From Eubacteriales bacterium (lineage in GTDB: Bacteria; Bacillota; Clostridia; Oscillospirales; CAG-272), in contig JAZRBV010000050.1 in assembly GCA_045635225.1 (NCBI GenBank), positions 2,427 to 66,426 of the forward strand: a stretch of 64,000 nt of DNA, written 5' to 3'. Both the position numbers and the translations under genes were made by a program. Every line of letters starts with the position of its first letter. Position 1 is the stretch's first letter. Below are positions 49,315-59,382 of this stretch, one piece after another. The notes under the pieces are model-generated. The model did not search any database. It saw nothing but the letters and a program-made list of their open reading frames with translations, and was not told where the DNA came from.

Positions 49315-50403
49315 TCAGCCCACAGGCATCAGAGCCATCACGTAGGGGAGGGCGGTCAGCGCGAGTATTATCACAAAGAAAAATATAGCGCCGAGGTTGA
49401 AAATCGTGACACGGGGTATGGTATAGAAGGGTAGCCTGACCTCTCTCGTGTTCGGAATATGCACCTTGCCGAGTATCAGCAGCACGATCACCGTGATGAT
49501 ACCCGCGATCGCCATACCGTAGTTCGTAAACAGCAGTGTGAGCGTTGCACCGAGCCATACGAGTATCTGCTCCGCTATCTCGGGAGTCATCGTAACATTC
49601 GCGTCGATCTCGGGCACGTTCGATACGTAATCCGCGAGCATAAGCACGGGTACAGTACCGAGGAAGTTTGCGATCATATGGAGTATGATGGGGTACTTTA
49701 TGCGTCTGGTTTTTGCATACGCGTAGCCGAGCACAAAGCCGAAGCAAGCGGTGTAGAAGAGTTGATAGAGGTTAGCGTGGAAGAGTCCAAACGTCACCGC
49801 CGTCACGATTATTGCGAGTCTGTCGCCGTACACCGACATTCTGTCGAAGAGTATCTTTCTGAACATCAGCTCCTCGATTATCGGTCCGATGATTACAACA
49901 ACTACTATTACGAGCCATATCGGGGCGTTCGTAACCAAGGAGTCAAACGCGGGATCGTATGTGTAGCCGATCATTTCCTCGAAGGTCGCGACTATAGGCT
50001 GAGTCACCAGGTTGACGAGCGACATGCACGCCTGGTTGAACAGCAGCAGCACGAGCATCTCACCGAAGGACATCTTAGATTTCACGTGCTTGGATTTCGG
50101 CAGACCGAGACAGCACAGACAGAAGGCAGGGAAGGCGAGCACGTACATACAGAGCACCTGAAGGCCCATCTGTACGTAGGGGTTTTTGAGGAGATCATAC
50201 GCATATTCCTCGCCGAACAAAAACATAATCGCACTCTGTATAACTAACGCCGAGAGCTGACCCACGATCTGAAATACAGCGATGGCAAAGAACATTCTCG
50301 AGTAAGCTCTTACTGCGCGCCGTCTGTCACGCCGTGTTGCCGTACGCTCGGTCGCGAGAGTGTATGTAATTCCGGAGTTGAGCATAGCAATATTTTTATC
50401 CAT
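49315..50403 (-). CDS. CPBP-family intramembrane glutamic endopeptidase
   Basis: Motifs IIEELMFR, FGLFHAN and ILHMIANF are present. The start was provisionally moved to ATG 50403. Confidence 0.75.
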   Translation of the reverse strand: MDKNIAMLNSGITYTLATERTATRRDRRRAVRAYSRMFFAIAVFQIVGQLSALVIQSAIMFLFGEEYAYDLLKNPYVQMGLQVLCMYVLAFPAFCLCCLGLPKSKHVKSKMSFGEMLVLLLFNQACMSLVNLVTQPIVATFEEMIGYTYDPAFDSLVTNAPIWLVIVVVVIIGPIIEELMFRKILFDRMSVYGDRLAIIVTAVTFGLFHANLYQLFYTACFGFVLGYAYAKTRRIKYPIILHMIANFLGTVPVLMLADYVSNVPEIDANVTMTPEIAEQILVWLGATLTLLFTNYGMAIAGIITVIVLLILGKVHIPNTREVRLPFYTIPRVTIFNLGAIFFFVIILALTALPYVMALMPVG

Positions 50404-50653
50404 AAGTGAAACCGTCCTTTCATAGGGTATCAAAACTATTTTATCACCTTTTGTGGGAAAATACAACACGTTTCACGTAAAAAGTATATCAAAGATAAAA
50501 ATTTATATATTTTTCACAAATTTGCGCCCGATTTTTTTACTATAAATAAACCTAAAATAGTCTAAATTCGCTTGAAAAAGCCTCGCGCGTGTGTTAAAAT
50601 AGTAATGTTGATCATACGACACTGTGAAAACCCACGACGAAAGGATGTGTAAA

Positions 50654-52138
50654 ATGTTCAAGAGAGGCTTTGATAACGACAAATACCTGAAGCTGCAGTC
50701 ACAAAAGATCAAGGAGCGCATATCGCTCTTCGGCGAGCGCCTCTACCTCGAGTTTGGCGGCAAGCTGTTTGACGACTTCCACGCCTCGCGCGTGTTGCCC
50801 GGCTTCGCTCCCGACAGTAAGATACGCATGCTCGCAGAGCTGCGCGACGAGGCGGAGATAATTATTGCGATAAACGCCGATGACATAGAGAAAAATAAGG
50901 TCAGGGGAGATATCGGCATCACCTACGACCTCGACGTATTGCGCCTCATTGACGCCTTTCGCGGCTGGGGTCTGTACGTAGGCTCGGTCGTGATGACGAG
51001 ATATAAATCTCACTCTCTCGCCGACGCTTTTATTAAGAAGCTCAATAATCTCGGCATCAAGGTGTATAAGCACTACGATATAGAGGGCTATCCTCACAAC
51101 ATACCGCTTATAGTCTCCGACGACGGCTTCGGCAGAAACGAGTATGCCGAGACCTCCCGCTCCCTGGTCATAGTCACAGGTCCCGGCCCCGGCTCGGGTA
51201 AAATGGCTACCTGCCTCTCGCAGATATATCACGAGAGCAAGATGGGACGTAAATCCGGCTATGCGAAATTCGAGACCTTCCCGATATGGAATCTTCCCTT
51301 AGCACACCCCGTCAACCTCGCATACGAGGCGGCGACTGCCGATCTTGCCGACGTCAATATGATAGATCCTTATCATCTTGACACCTATGGTGTCACATCG
51401 GTAAACTATAACCGTGACGTTGAGGTATTCCCGGTCCTGCGCTCTATGCTCACAGGTATCCTCGGCGAATGCCCCTACAAATCGCCGACCGATATGGGTG
51501 TAAATATGGCGGGATACTGTATCTACGACGACGAGGCTGTTACCTATGCCGCGAAGCAGGAGATAATCCGCCGCTACTACAGCGCCCTCTGTTATCAGCG
51601 TAAGGGCAATAACAACTCGGTCGAGATATCCAAGATAGAGCTGCTAATGCAAAAGCTCTCCTGCTCCTATCTCGATCGCCCCTGCGTATCGGCCGCACTT
51701 ATGAAGGCGGAGATTACCGGTGAGCCCGCCGCGGCGATAGAGCTCAACGACGGCAGGGTAGTGACGGGTAAGACCTCATCGCTCCTCGGAGCATCGAGTG
51801 CCGCTCTCCTCAACGCACTGAAATCCATCGCGGGAATCGATGATTCCGTCGACGTTATCTCCCCCGAGATACTCGAGCCGATACAGGTGCTCAAGACCAA
51901 GATACTCGGCAACCATAATCCGCGTCTGCACACCGACGAGGTGCTCGTTGCGCTATCGGTCTCCGCGGCAAGCCACGAGCTGGCAAAACGTGCGATGGAC
52001 GCACTCCCCGCGCTCCGCTATGCCGAGATGCATTCCACGGTAATTCTCTCGCAGGTGGACGAGACCACCATAAGAAAGCTCGGACTCAACCTTTCCTGTG
52101 AGCCGAAATATCAGACCAAAAAGCTATTCCATAACTAA
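50654..52138 (+). CDS. DUF1846 (UPF0371) family protein
   Basis: The start was moved to ATG 50654. The protein begins MFKRGFDNDKYLKLQSQKIKERI...LYLEFGGKLFDDFHASRVLPGF, which is characteristic of the family. Confidence 0.8.
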   Translation: MFKRGFDNDKYLKLQSQKIKERISLFGERLYLEFGGKLFDDFHASRVLPGFAPDSKIRMLAELRDEAEIIIAINADDIEKNKVRGDIGITYDLDVLRLIDAFRGWGLYVGSVVMTRYKSHSLADAFIKKLNNLGIKVYKHYDIEGYPHNIPLIVSDDGFGRNEYAETSRSLVIVTGPGPGSGKMATCLSQIYHESKMGRKSGYAKFETFPIWNLPLAHPVNLAYEAATADLADVNMIDPYHLDTYGVTSVNYNRDVEVFPVLRSMLTGILGECPYKSPTDMGVNMAGYCIYDDEAVTYAAKQEIIRRYYSALCYQRKGNNNSVEISKIELLMQKLSCSYLDRPCVSAALMKAEITGEPAAAIELNDGRVVTGKTSSLLGASSAALLNALKSIAGIDDSVDVISPEILEPIQVLKTKILGNHNPRLHTDEVLVALSVSAASHELAKRAMDALPALRYAEMHSTVILSQVDETTIRKLGLNLSCEPKYQTKKLFHN

Positions 52139-52163
52139 GTACATCTAAGAAAGGACGGAAAAT

Positions 52164-52985
52164 ATGGAATTCTCTGTAAATCACCCCATACTGTTCGTGC
52201 TGGTCGGAATTATCATCGCCGCCGTGCTCGGTCAGTCGGTCTACTTCCTCGTGAAGTCGCTCCGCCATGCGAAGAAGATCGGTATGGATAAAAGACTCGT
52301 GAAGAAAACTATGATCTCCGCCGCGATATTCACTATCGCTCCCGCGGTTTCGATCGTCATCACGGTAATCACTCTTTCGAAATCTCTCGGTATAGCACTT
52401 CCGTGGCTCCGCCTCTCGGTCGTAGGCTCGCTTTCCTACGAGGCTATCGCCGCCGCAAATGCCGCATCGGGTATGGATACGACTCTCGCAGAGCTGGGTA
52501 ACGTCGGTATGACGGCATCTCAGTTCGTCACCATCGCCATCGTTATGACTGTATCCATTATGGTCGGTATCTGGCTCGTTCCCGCTATTGCAAAAAAGTA
52601 TCAGAAGGGACTCGTCTCCTTTGAAAAGAAGGATGCAAAATGGAGCGGAATACTCCAGAATTCTCTCTTTATCGGTATGATCTCCGCATTCGTCGGCTTC
52701 GTATTCTGCGACGTCTACCGCCTCTGGTCCTCGACCGACGGCGTTTTTGAGGTGGTGTCGAAGGATAGCACGACCGGAGAGCAGATAATAACAAAGTACA
52801 CCTCTACCTCCGGTCTTGTTCCCGTGTTCGTAATGATCGTCAGCGCGGCACTTATGTGTCTGTGCGGCGTCCTCATCAAAAAGCTGCATTGGAAATGGGT
52901 AAACGATTACGCGCTTCCCATCTGTATGGTAGTCGGTATGGCGGCGGCAATACCGCTCACTGCTATTTTCGGAGGTAAGATCTGA
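52164..52985 (+). CDS. Multi-pass membrane protein (DUF5058-like)
   Basis: 273 aa with at least 6 hydrophobic segments. The family name is from memory only. Confidence 0.55.
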   Translation: MEFSVNHPILFVLVGIIIAAVLGQSVYFLVKSLRHAKKIGMDKRLVKKTMISAAIFTIAPAVSIVITVITLSKSLGIALPWLRLSVVGSLSYEAIAAANAASGMDTTLAELGNVGMTASQFVTIAIVMTVSIMVGIWLVPAIAKKYQKGLVSFEKKDAKWSGILQNSLFIGMISAFVGFVFCDVYRLWSSTDGVFEVVSKDSTTGEQIITKYTSTSGLVPVFVMIVSAALMCLCGVLIKKLHWKWVNDYALPICMVVGMAAAIPLTAIFGGKI

Positions 52986-53656
52986 TGAAAAAGAACACTT
53001 CTTACACTTATATGGACACCGTCCACCGTGACGGCAGAATATGGAACATATCCATAATGATCATACTGCTTCTGTTCCCCTTGGCGGTAGCAGTTGTATT
53101 CGACGCTATGCCCGATTGGCGCGGCGTCGGTATGGGTCTTCTTGCGACAGCGCCCATGTATTGGGCGGTCGGCGTTATAGAGACCATCACCTTTATTCCC
53201 ATGCTCGGTGCGGGAGGCTCCTATCTCTCCTTCGTCACCGGTAATATCTCGAACCTCAAGCTCCCCTGTGCGATCAGCGCGCTCGAGAATGCGAACGCAG
53301 ATCCGAAGAGCGAGGAGGGAGAGATCATCTCCACCGTATCCATTGCGGTATCCTCGATAGTCACCACCGTGATCATCATTCTCGGTGTTATCCTTATCAT
53401 ACCGCTCAGTCCCATTCTCTCAAGCGAGGCGCTTACCCCCGCGTTTGATCAGATGCTCCCCGCGCTCTTCGGCGCACTCGGCGTGGCACTGATCTCGAAG
53501 AATTGGAAGATCGCGATCGCACCCATAGCACTTATGCTCATTCTTTTCATCTTCGTTCCCGCACTCAACGCCTCCACCGTCGGTATAATGGTCCCCGTCG
53601 GAGTTATCTTTACCATCATCGTATCCAGAATTCTTTATAAGAAGGGAATCATCTGA
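52985..53656 (+). CDS. Multi-pass membrane protein, hypothetical
   Basis: 223 aa. Both gene junctions read ATCTGATG, indicating stop/start coupling. Confidence 0.6.
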   Translation: MKKNTSYTYMDTVHRDGRIWNISIMIILLLFPLAVAVVFDAMPDWRGVGMGLLATAPMYWAVGVIETITFIPMLGAGGSYLSFVTGNISNLKLPCAISALENANADPKSEEGEIISTVSIAVSSIVTTVIIILGVILIIPLSPILSSEALTPAFDQMLPALFGALGVALISKNWKIAIAPIALMLILFIFVPALNASTVGIMVPVGVIFTIIVSRILYKKGII

Positions 53657-55107
53657 TGGATAGCGAAATTATTATTGTACTTATATGCCTCGGCGTGCTT
53701 GTCTCTGCTCTCCTCGCCGTCGTCATTGCGAGGACGATCATGTTCAAGCCGAAGAAGACAGCGTCGGAGAAGGTCGCACCGATATACGTAAACGGTGAGA
53801 AGGCGACTCGCGATCTCGCCGAGATGATTCGCTGTAAAACCGTATCCAATATGAATAAGGCACTCGAGGACGAGGCGGAATTCGAAAAATTTGAGAAGCT
53901 CTTACCCGAGCTCTTCCCGAACATTCACTCGAGATGTATATTTGAAAAGGTCGGCGACCGCGCTCTTCTTTACAGATGGAAGGGTAAGTCCTCCGCCTCA
54001 CCCACCGTCCTTATGTCACATTACGACGTCGTCAGCGTGGTTGAGGAAAATTGGCAGAAGCCCGCCTTCGAGGGTATCGTTGAGAACGGTATACTCTGGG
54101 GCAGAGGAACCCTTGATACCAAGGGCACGCTTAACGCCGTGATGCAGGCGGCAGAGTCGCTTATCGAGGAGGGATATATTCCCGAGAACGACGTCTACTT
54201 CGCCTTTGGCGGTGACGAGGAGATCAACGGTCACGGTGCATCCGATATAGTGAAGCTCTTCGCCGAGCGCAAGATCACCCCCGGTCTCGTCTTAGACGAG
54301 GGCGGAGCAGTCGTAGAGAGGGTATTCCCCGGTGTCAGCCGCCCCTCGGCTCTGATCGGCATAGCAGAGAAGGGAATGCTCAACGTTGAGTACACCGTCA
54401 CGGGCGGGGGAGGACACTCCTCGACTCCCGCGCCGCGCGGACCCGTATACAGGCTCGCTCGCGCCTGCAAGAGGCTCGAGGATAAGCCCTTTAAGTTCCG
54501 TACCAACACCCCGGCAAAGGAGATGTTTAACGTCCTTGCGCGTCACTCGACGTTCCTCTACCGTATGCTCTTTGCTAACCTCTGGCTCTTTATGCCGGTC
54601 TTAAATTTTTACACGCGCCTCGTCGGAGGTGATCTTAACGCGATGCTCCGTACCACCACCGCCTTCACGCAGATGGAGGGCTCCAAGGGCATCAACGTTA
54701 TCCCTCCCGTCGCACGCATGGCATCCAACCACAGAATAGCTCCCGGTGACACCGTCGATGGCTGTCTTGAGCGCATTAAGCGCGTTATAGACGACGATAA
54801 GGTCGAGGTGAAGCTCATAGGCGGCACCGATCCCTCCCGCATCTCCGAGATAGATTGCCGCGCATGGGAGGTCGTCGCAGCGGCGACCGGCGAGACCTGG
54901 CAGGAGGCTATCGTCTCACCCTATCTTATGCTCGCCTGCTCGGACTCGCGCCATTGGGGTGCGCTATCGGATAAGGTATACCGCTTCTCGGCTATGGCTC
55001 TCTCAAAGGAGGAGCGCGCCACCATTCACGGTAATGACGAGCGCATCCCCGTAGCTACCATATCGAAGAGCGTGGAATTCTACGTCAGACTTATGAAAAA
55101 AATCTAA
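53656..55107 (+). CDS. M20/M25/M40-family metallopeptidase with an N-terminal TM anchor
   Basis: Motifs LMSHYDVV, GRGTLDTKG and FGGDEE are present. The N-terminus is IIIVLICLGVLVSALLAVVIA. Confidence 0.8.
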   Translation: MDSEIIIVLICLGVLVSALLAVVIARTIMFKPKKTASEKVAPIYVNGEKATRDLAEMIRCKTVSNMNKALEDEAEFEKFEKLLPELFPNIHSRCIFEKVGDRALLYRWKGKSSASPTVLMSHYDVVSVVEENWQKPAFEGIVENGILWGRGTLDTKGTLNAVMQAAESLIEEGYIPENDVYFAFGGDEEINGHGASDIVKLFAERKITPGLVLDEGGAVVERVFPGVSRPSALIGIAEKGMLNVEYTVTGGGGHSSTPAPRGPVYRLARACKRLEDKPFKFRTNTPAKEMFNVLARHSTFLYRMLFANLWLFMPVLNFYTRLVGGDLNAMLRTTTAFTQMEGSKGINVIPPVARMASNHRIAPGDTVDGCLERIKRVIDDDKVEVKLIGGTDPSRISEIDCRAWEVVAAATGETWQEAIVSPYLMLACSDSRHWGALSDKVYRFSAMALSKEERATIHGNDERIPVATISKSVEFYVRLMKKI

Positions 55108-55125
55108 CAAAGGAGAATAAAAATT

Positions 55126-56214
55126 ATGAGATTACTTATTGGAGCAGACCTCGTCCCTACTAAGGCGACCGAAAAATATTTTGTATCCGCCGATACCAAG
55201 GCACTCTACGGCGACATTATGAAGATAGCGGAGAAGTGCGACAGAGTTATCGTCAACCTCGAGTGCGCACTTACAAAGCACGACGTCGGAATTAAAAAAT
55301 TCGGACCTAATCTTAAGGCAGACCCGAAGAGCATCGAGGGTATCCTTGCTCTCGGCGTGACCGACGTAGCACTTGCGAACAACCACGTTTTCGATTTCGG
55401 TAAGCAGGGTATGATCGATACTCTCGCAACACTTGATGCTGTCGGACTCCCCTATATGGGTGTCGGTGAGAACGATACAGACTCTCGCAAGCCCTATTTC
55501 ATCGAGGCGGAGGGTAAGCGCATCGGCTTCATCAACGTTAACGAGCACGAGTACACCTACGCGCTCCCCGACAGAATGGGTGTCAACCCCTTTGACCCCT
55601 TCCTTACAATGCAGGATATCAGAGAGGCAAAGGCGCAGTGCGACCACCTCATCGTCCTCTATCACGGCGGTAAGGAGTACTGCAAGTATCCCTCACCGAG
55701 AGTATACAACCTCTGCCACGAAATGGTATACTGCGGTGCTGACGTAGTCCTCACCCAGCACAGCCATTGCATCGGCTGCTATGAGCAGTTCGAGGGCGCA
55801 CATATCCTCTACGGACAGGGTAACTTCAACTTCGTATACGGTGAGGAGCGCGGTGAGCTCTGGAATACGGCACTTCTCGTAGAGCTCAATATAGGTAAGG
55901 ACATCGATATCTCCTTCCACCCCATCGTTGGTACCGCGACCGGCTGTGACCTTGCTAAGGGTAGCGAGGCTGCCGATATCCTCACAAAGTTCAACAAGCG
56001 CAACGCGGAGCTTAGCGAGGGTAAGTGGATCGACGGCTGGCGCGCCTTCTGCCACCAGAGCGACATCGAGCCGAGATACTATGCCGCAACTCAGTTCTCG
56101 AACGACGACCCCCACGGCTGGCAGCTCTTCGCTCACTATCTCGATTGTGAGGCTCACACCGACGTATGGCGCGAGCTATATAAGACCTGGAATCACACCA
56201 ACGAGATGGACTGA
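55126..56214 (+). CDS. CapA-family (PGA_cap metallophosphoesterase-like) protein
   Basis: Motifs GADLVP...VNLECAL...LANNHVFDFG...GVGEN and LYHGGKEY are present. Confidence 0.8.
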   Translation: MRLLIGADLVPTKATEKYFVSADTKALYGDIMKIAEKCDRVIVNLECALTKHDVGIKKFGPNLKADPKSIEGILALGVTDVALANNHVFDFGKQGMIDTLATLDAVGLPYMGVGENDTDSRKPYFIEAEGKRIGFINVNEHEYTYALPDRMGVNPFDPFLTMQDIREAKAQCDHLIVLYHGGKEYCKYPSPRVYNLCHEMVYCGADVVLTQHSHCIGCYEQFEGAHILYGQGNFNFVYGEERGELWNTALLVELNIGKDIDISFHPIVGTATGCDLAKGSEAADILTKFNKRNAELSEGKWIDGWRAFCHQSDIEPRYYAATQFSNDDPHGWQLFAHYLDCEAHTDVWRELYKTWNHTNEMD

Positions 56215-56300
56215 TCCCGAAAAAGGCTTCTGTATACGCCACACGTGAGTCGTCTCGCACTGACCTCCGACGCGTCAGAGCACGCTATCTCACGGAATAT

Positions 56301-56347
56301 AAAAAACACGGTATCCGCCGCTATGGTGGGTACCGTGTTGAGTTTTT
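56301..56347. terminator. Bidirectional terminator
   Basis: AAAAAACACGGTA...TACCGTGTTGAGTTTTT, between convergent genes. Confidence 0.65.
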
Positions 56348-56387
56348 CAGGCTTTTTATTCGGTGTTTTGGCTCATCGGACCGTGTA

Positions 56388-57566
56388 TCATATCTCCATC
56401 AGCTGACAGAGATCCTCCGCGATCTCGACCGCTCCGTTCCTTCTCTTATCGAAGAATTTGAGATTTTCGCACAGCGTCGCGAGCTCCTCCGGTGCTGTTG
56501 ACAGACGCTCTACCGCCTCGCGTATCTTCGCGAGATCCTTTATGTAGTAGCCGCACTTTTTAGTATCGACGAAGAGGTTTTTCGTAGCCTTCTCGATATC
56601 GGATGCATAGCAGCTTACTATGATAGGCGTACCCATCATAACGCTGTCGAGTATCGCGTTGGGGCCTGCCTTGGTGACGAAGAGGTCACACGCCGCATAG
56701 AGCTTCGGCGCCTCCGTGACGAATCCCATCGGCATGAGAGTGATATTCGGCTTAACCGTATCCTTTATAGCCTCCAGCTCTGCGAGCAGCTCCTCGTTCT
56801 TACCCGCAATAACGCAGAGGGTGAGGGGCAGATCGCTCTTCATCAGCTCGTACGCGATCTTTTTTGTCTTCGCCTTCGCATACACGCCGTCGGCGATGAC
56901 TACGGCAAACTTGTCCTGCGGGATCCTAAACAGCTCGCGGTATTCCTCCTTCGTGCCGTTCGACTCCGTCACAGCCTTTCTTGTCGGGTAGAACACCTCG
57001 CGTATACACTCGGGGGGATATTTGTTCTTGAGTGCATCGCGCGTGGCAAGAGGATTGTTAGTGTAGAGTCTGTCCACGCGATTGTCCCACCAGCCGTGGA
57101 TATTGTTGTCGGGGCAGTAGAGCACCACCTTGCAGGAGGGCTTGTACTTGTTTCTGTATTCGATCGCCGCGTAAAGGGTGAAATAATGGGTGAATATCAT
57201 AACGTCGGCATCGAGCTTCTTATATTGCTCGATGAGCGCCGTCGTCTCCTTGTGGTAGAAGCCGCTGTGAACTATGCGCAGAGAGTTCTTTACGCCTCCT
57301 ATATGCATCGCCGTCATCTGCAGCTTGTTGTATGCGGGACATGCCGAATACATCTTTACCTGTCCCACGAGGAATTTCTCATATTTCGGGAGGCAGGGGT
57401 CCTCCGCATCGCGCAGGGAATAGTTTTCGATTATCTCTATCCTATCTCCGCATCTCTCGCGCAGTGCGTCTGAGATCGCCTGCGCCGTTACTATGTGACC
57501 CATACCCGCCTCAACGTAGTCTATGACCACGCGCGGTCTTTTTTTAGCTTCCATATTCATGACCAT
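56388..57566 (-). CDS. GT28 / MGDG-synthase-like diacylglycerol glycosyltransferase
   Basis: 392 aa. The N-terminus is RVVIDYVEAGMGHIVTAQAISDAL. The C-terminal GT-B half carries FVTKAGPNAILDS. Confidence 0.75.
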   Translation of the reverse strand: MVMNMEAKKRPRVVIDYVEAGMGHIVTAQAISDALRERCGDRIEIIENYSLRDAEDPCLPKYEKFLVGQVKMYSACPAYNKLQMTAMHIGGVKNSLRIVHSGFYHKETTALIEQYKKLDADVMIFTHYFTLYAAIEYRNKYKPSCKVVLYCPDNNIHGWWDNRVDRLYTNNPLATRDALKNKYPPECIREVFYPTRKAVTESNGTKEEYRELFRIPQDKFAVVIADGVYAKAKTKKIAYELMKSDLPLTLCVIAGKNEELLAELEAIKDTVKPNITLMPMGFVTEAPKLYAACDLFVTKAGPNAILDSVMMGTPIIVSCYASDIEKATKNLFVDTKKCGYYIKDLAKIREAVERLSTAPEELATLCENLKFFDKRRNGAVEIAEDLCQLMEI

Positions 57567-57810
57567 TCCTTTCTTTTGAGCGGTCGTTCGTCTTCGGCTT
57601 CCCTATGGGAAATTCGCTCCGCATCTTCCGTAGCCCGGCGTTTCGTTTTGCGACGTTTCGTCGCGTATCATTCTGCTTAAATTATAATCACACGAACCTT
57701 AAATGTCAAATAAAATTCACATAATTCACAATATTTAATCTTTGTTACGCTATCTTTCGTCCGGCGCATCGAAAAAACTTCAAAAAGTATTATTTGCGGC
57801 TCGAAAAACA

Positions 57811-57839
57811 TTGACAAAGCGAAAAATATGTTATATAAT
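57811..57839 (+). promoter_or_regulatory. Consensus SigA promoter of the kinase-PqqD-peptidase operon
   Basis: TTGACA, 17 nt, TATAAT. Confidence 0.6.
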
Positions 57840-57894
57840 TATTATGTATTATTATATTTGCGCGACTTATTTGCGCGTGCGGGAGGTGACGCAG

Positions 57895-58638
57895 ATGTAC
57901 AGATTCAATATTAGACTTGCCGACCTTACGGTAGAGTGCTGTGTCAATTACGAGTCGACCCTGCGCTTCTGCCGCGACTATCTCACCGACTCCCCACGCG
58001 AGCTTGGCGTGACGGTCACACCCGAGGATATCGTCGACGAGCGCCTGCGCTCGTCGCGCGAGCACGAGCTCGAGGGAATACCGATGCAGGATTTTTCCGA
58101 CGCATATCTCGAGACGCTGGCGCTCTATCGCCGCATAACGCGTGAGCTCGTTTCTCACGGTGTGCTTTTAGTCCACGGCTCTGCTGTTATGATGGATGGG
58201 GTCGCGTATCTCTTCACCGCGAGGAGCGGCACCGGTAAATCCACCCACACACGCCTCTGGCGCGAGTGCTTTGGCGATAGATGCACTATGGTAAACGACG
58301 ATAAGCCGCTTTTGCGTATCTCGGACGGCGGCGTGACGGTATACGGCACCCCCTGGAACGGTAAGCACAGGCTGGGCAACAACGTCTCGGCACCCCTTCG
58401 GGCGATCTGCTTGCTCACGCGTGCTGAGGATAATTCGATCGCACCCATAACGGTATCCGAGGCTATGCCTCATATATTTACTCAGGTCAACCGACCCGAG
58501 GATCCCGACCTCCTGCGACGGACGGTGCTGCTTACCGACACGCTTATGCATTCGGTCGGACTATACCGTCTCGGCTGTAATATGTCACGTGAGGCGGCGC
58601 ACGTCGCGTACGATGGCATGCGTAACGACAAAAAATAA
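57895..58638 (+). CDS. HPr-kinase-like (HprK-related) P-loop protein
   Basis: The start was moved to ATG 57895 (GGGAGGTG RBS). The core LLVHGSAVMMDGVAYLFTARSGTGKSTH resembles the HprK/P C-terminal catalytic core. Confidence 0.7.
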   Translation: MYRFNIRLADLTVECCVNYESTLRFCRDYLTDSPRELGVTVTPEDIVDERLRSSREHELEGIPMQDFSDAYLETLALYRRITRELVSHGVLLVHGSAVMMDGVAYLFTARSGTGKSTHTRLWRECFGDRCTMVNDDKPLLRISDGGVTVYGTPWNGKHRLGNNVSAPLRAICLLTRAEDNSIAPITVSEAMPHIFTQVNRPEDPDLLRRTVLLTDTLMHSVGLYRLGCNMSREAAHVAYDGMRNDKK

Positions 58639-58652
58639 TACGGAGAGAGACT

Positions 58653-58910
58653 ATGAAGCTTAAAAGTAATTTCGTAACACATAACACGGATGGCGAGACT
58701 CTTATGATATCCGCGGGCGGCGGCTTCAACGGCATGGTCCGTACAAACAGCACCGCGGGCGTGATAATCTCTCTTCTCGCGACCGAAACCACCCGTGAGC
58801 AGATAATTGCCGCTATGCTTGAAAAATACGACGTCACCGAGGATGTCCTCTCGCGCGACGTTGACCGCATCCTCACCGAGCTGCGCGGTATAGGTGCGAT
58901 AGATGAGTGA
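58653..58910 (+). CDS. PqqD-family protein (RiPP recognition element-like)
   Basis: 85 aa, RBS GGAGAGAG. The pattern ...GETLMIS....NGMVRTNSTAGVIISLL...TREQIIAAMLEKYDV....L.RDVDRILTELRGIGAI is PqqD-like. Confidence 0.7.
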   Translation: MKLKSNFVTHNTDGETLMISAGGGFNGMVRTNSTAGVIISLLATETTREQIIAAMLEKYDVTEDVLSRDVDRILTELRGIGAIDE

Positions 58911-59379
58911 GCTCTCGAGCTTTGAGGAGCAGCTTCGCCTCCACGGCAGGATAATCTACACGAACGTCGGAAACAGTATGATGCCTCTTATCAAGGAGGG
59001 GCGCGACGTTATGATCATCGAGCGAACTGAAGAGAGGCTGAAAAAATACGATATTCCTCTCTACCTGCGCCCGAGCGGACAGTACGTTCTGCACAGGGTG
59101 ATCAGGGTCACGGAAGACTCATATCTCATCGCGGGCGATAACCGCTCGACGCTCGAGACGGTTCCCGACGAGCAGATAATCGGCGTTCTGACCGGTATAA
59201 TTCGCCGCGGTAAGACACTCTCGCTCGACCGCCTATCGTACAGAATATACACGCACCTATGGTGCGACCTCTTCCCGATACGCGCCTTTATCATCAGATG
59301 GCGCGACCGCTTCCGCACTCTTGCAGCACGGCTTCACCGTCGCGCGAGGCGGGAAAAATACACCGACAGGAAAGACTGA
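58903..59379 (+). CDS. S24/S26-family serine peptidase with a C-terminal hydrophobic/basic tail
   Basis: An 8-nt overlap with pqqD (ATGAGTGA). GNSMMPLI carries the catalytic Ser motif, and IAGDNRSTLETV resembles the signal-peptidase box. Confidence 0.7.
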   Translation: MSELSSFEEQLRLHGRIIYTNVGNSMMPLIKEGRDVMIIERTEERLKKYDIPLYLRPSGQYVLHRVIRVTEDSYLIAGDNRSTLETVPDEQIIGVLTGIIRRGKTLSLDRLSYRIYTHLWCDLFPIRAFIIRWRDRFRTLAARLHRRARREKYTDRKD

Positions 59380-59382
59380 ATA

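Noticed and set aside
57895-59379. A call of a lasso-peptide (paeninodin-like) biosynthetic cluster.
   Set aside because: Only the kinase-like, PqqD and peptidase genes are present. I found no asparagine-synthetase-like cyclase, transglutaminase-like B2 protease, ABC exporter or plausible precursor ORF with an RBS. The 39-codon ATG ORF near 57606 lies upstream of the promoter and has no RBS. It is reported as an orphan system instead.
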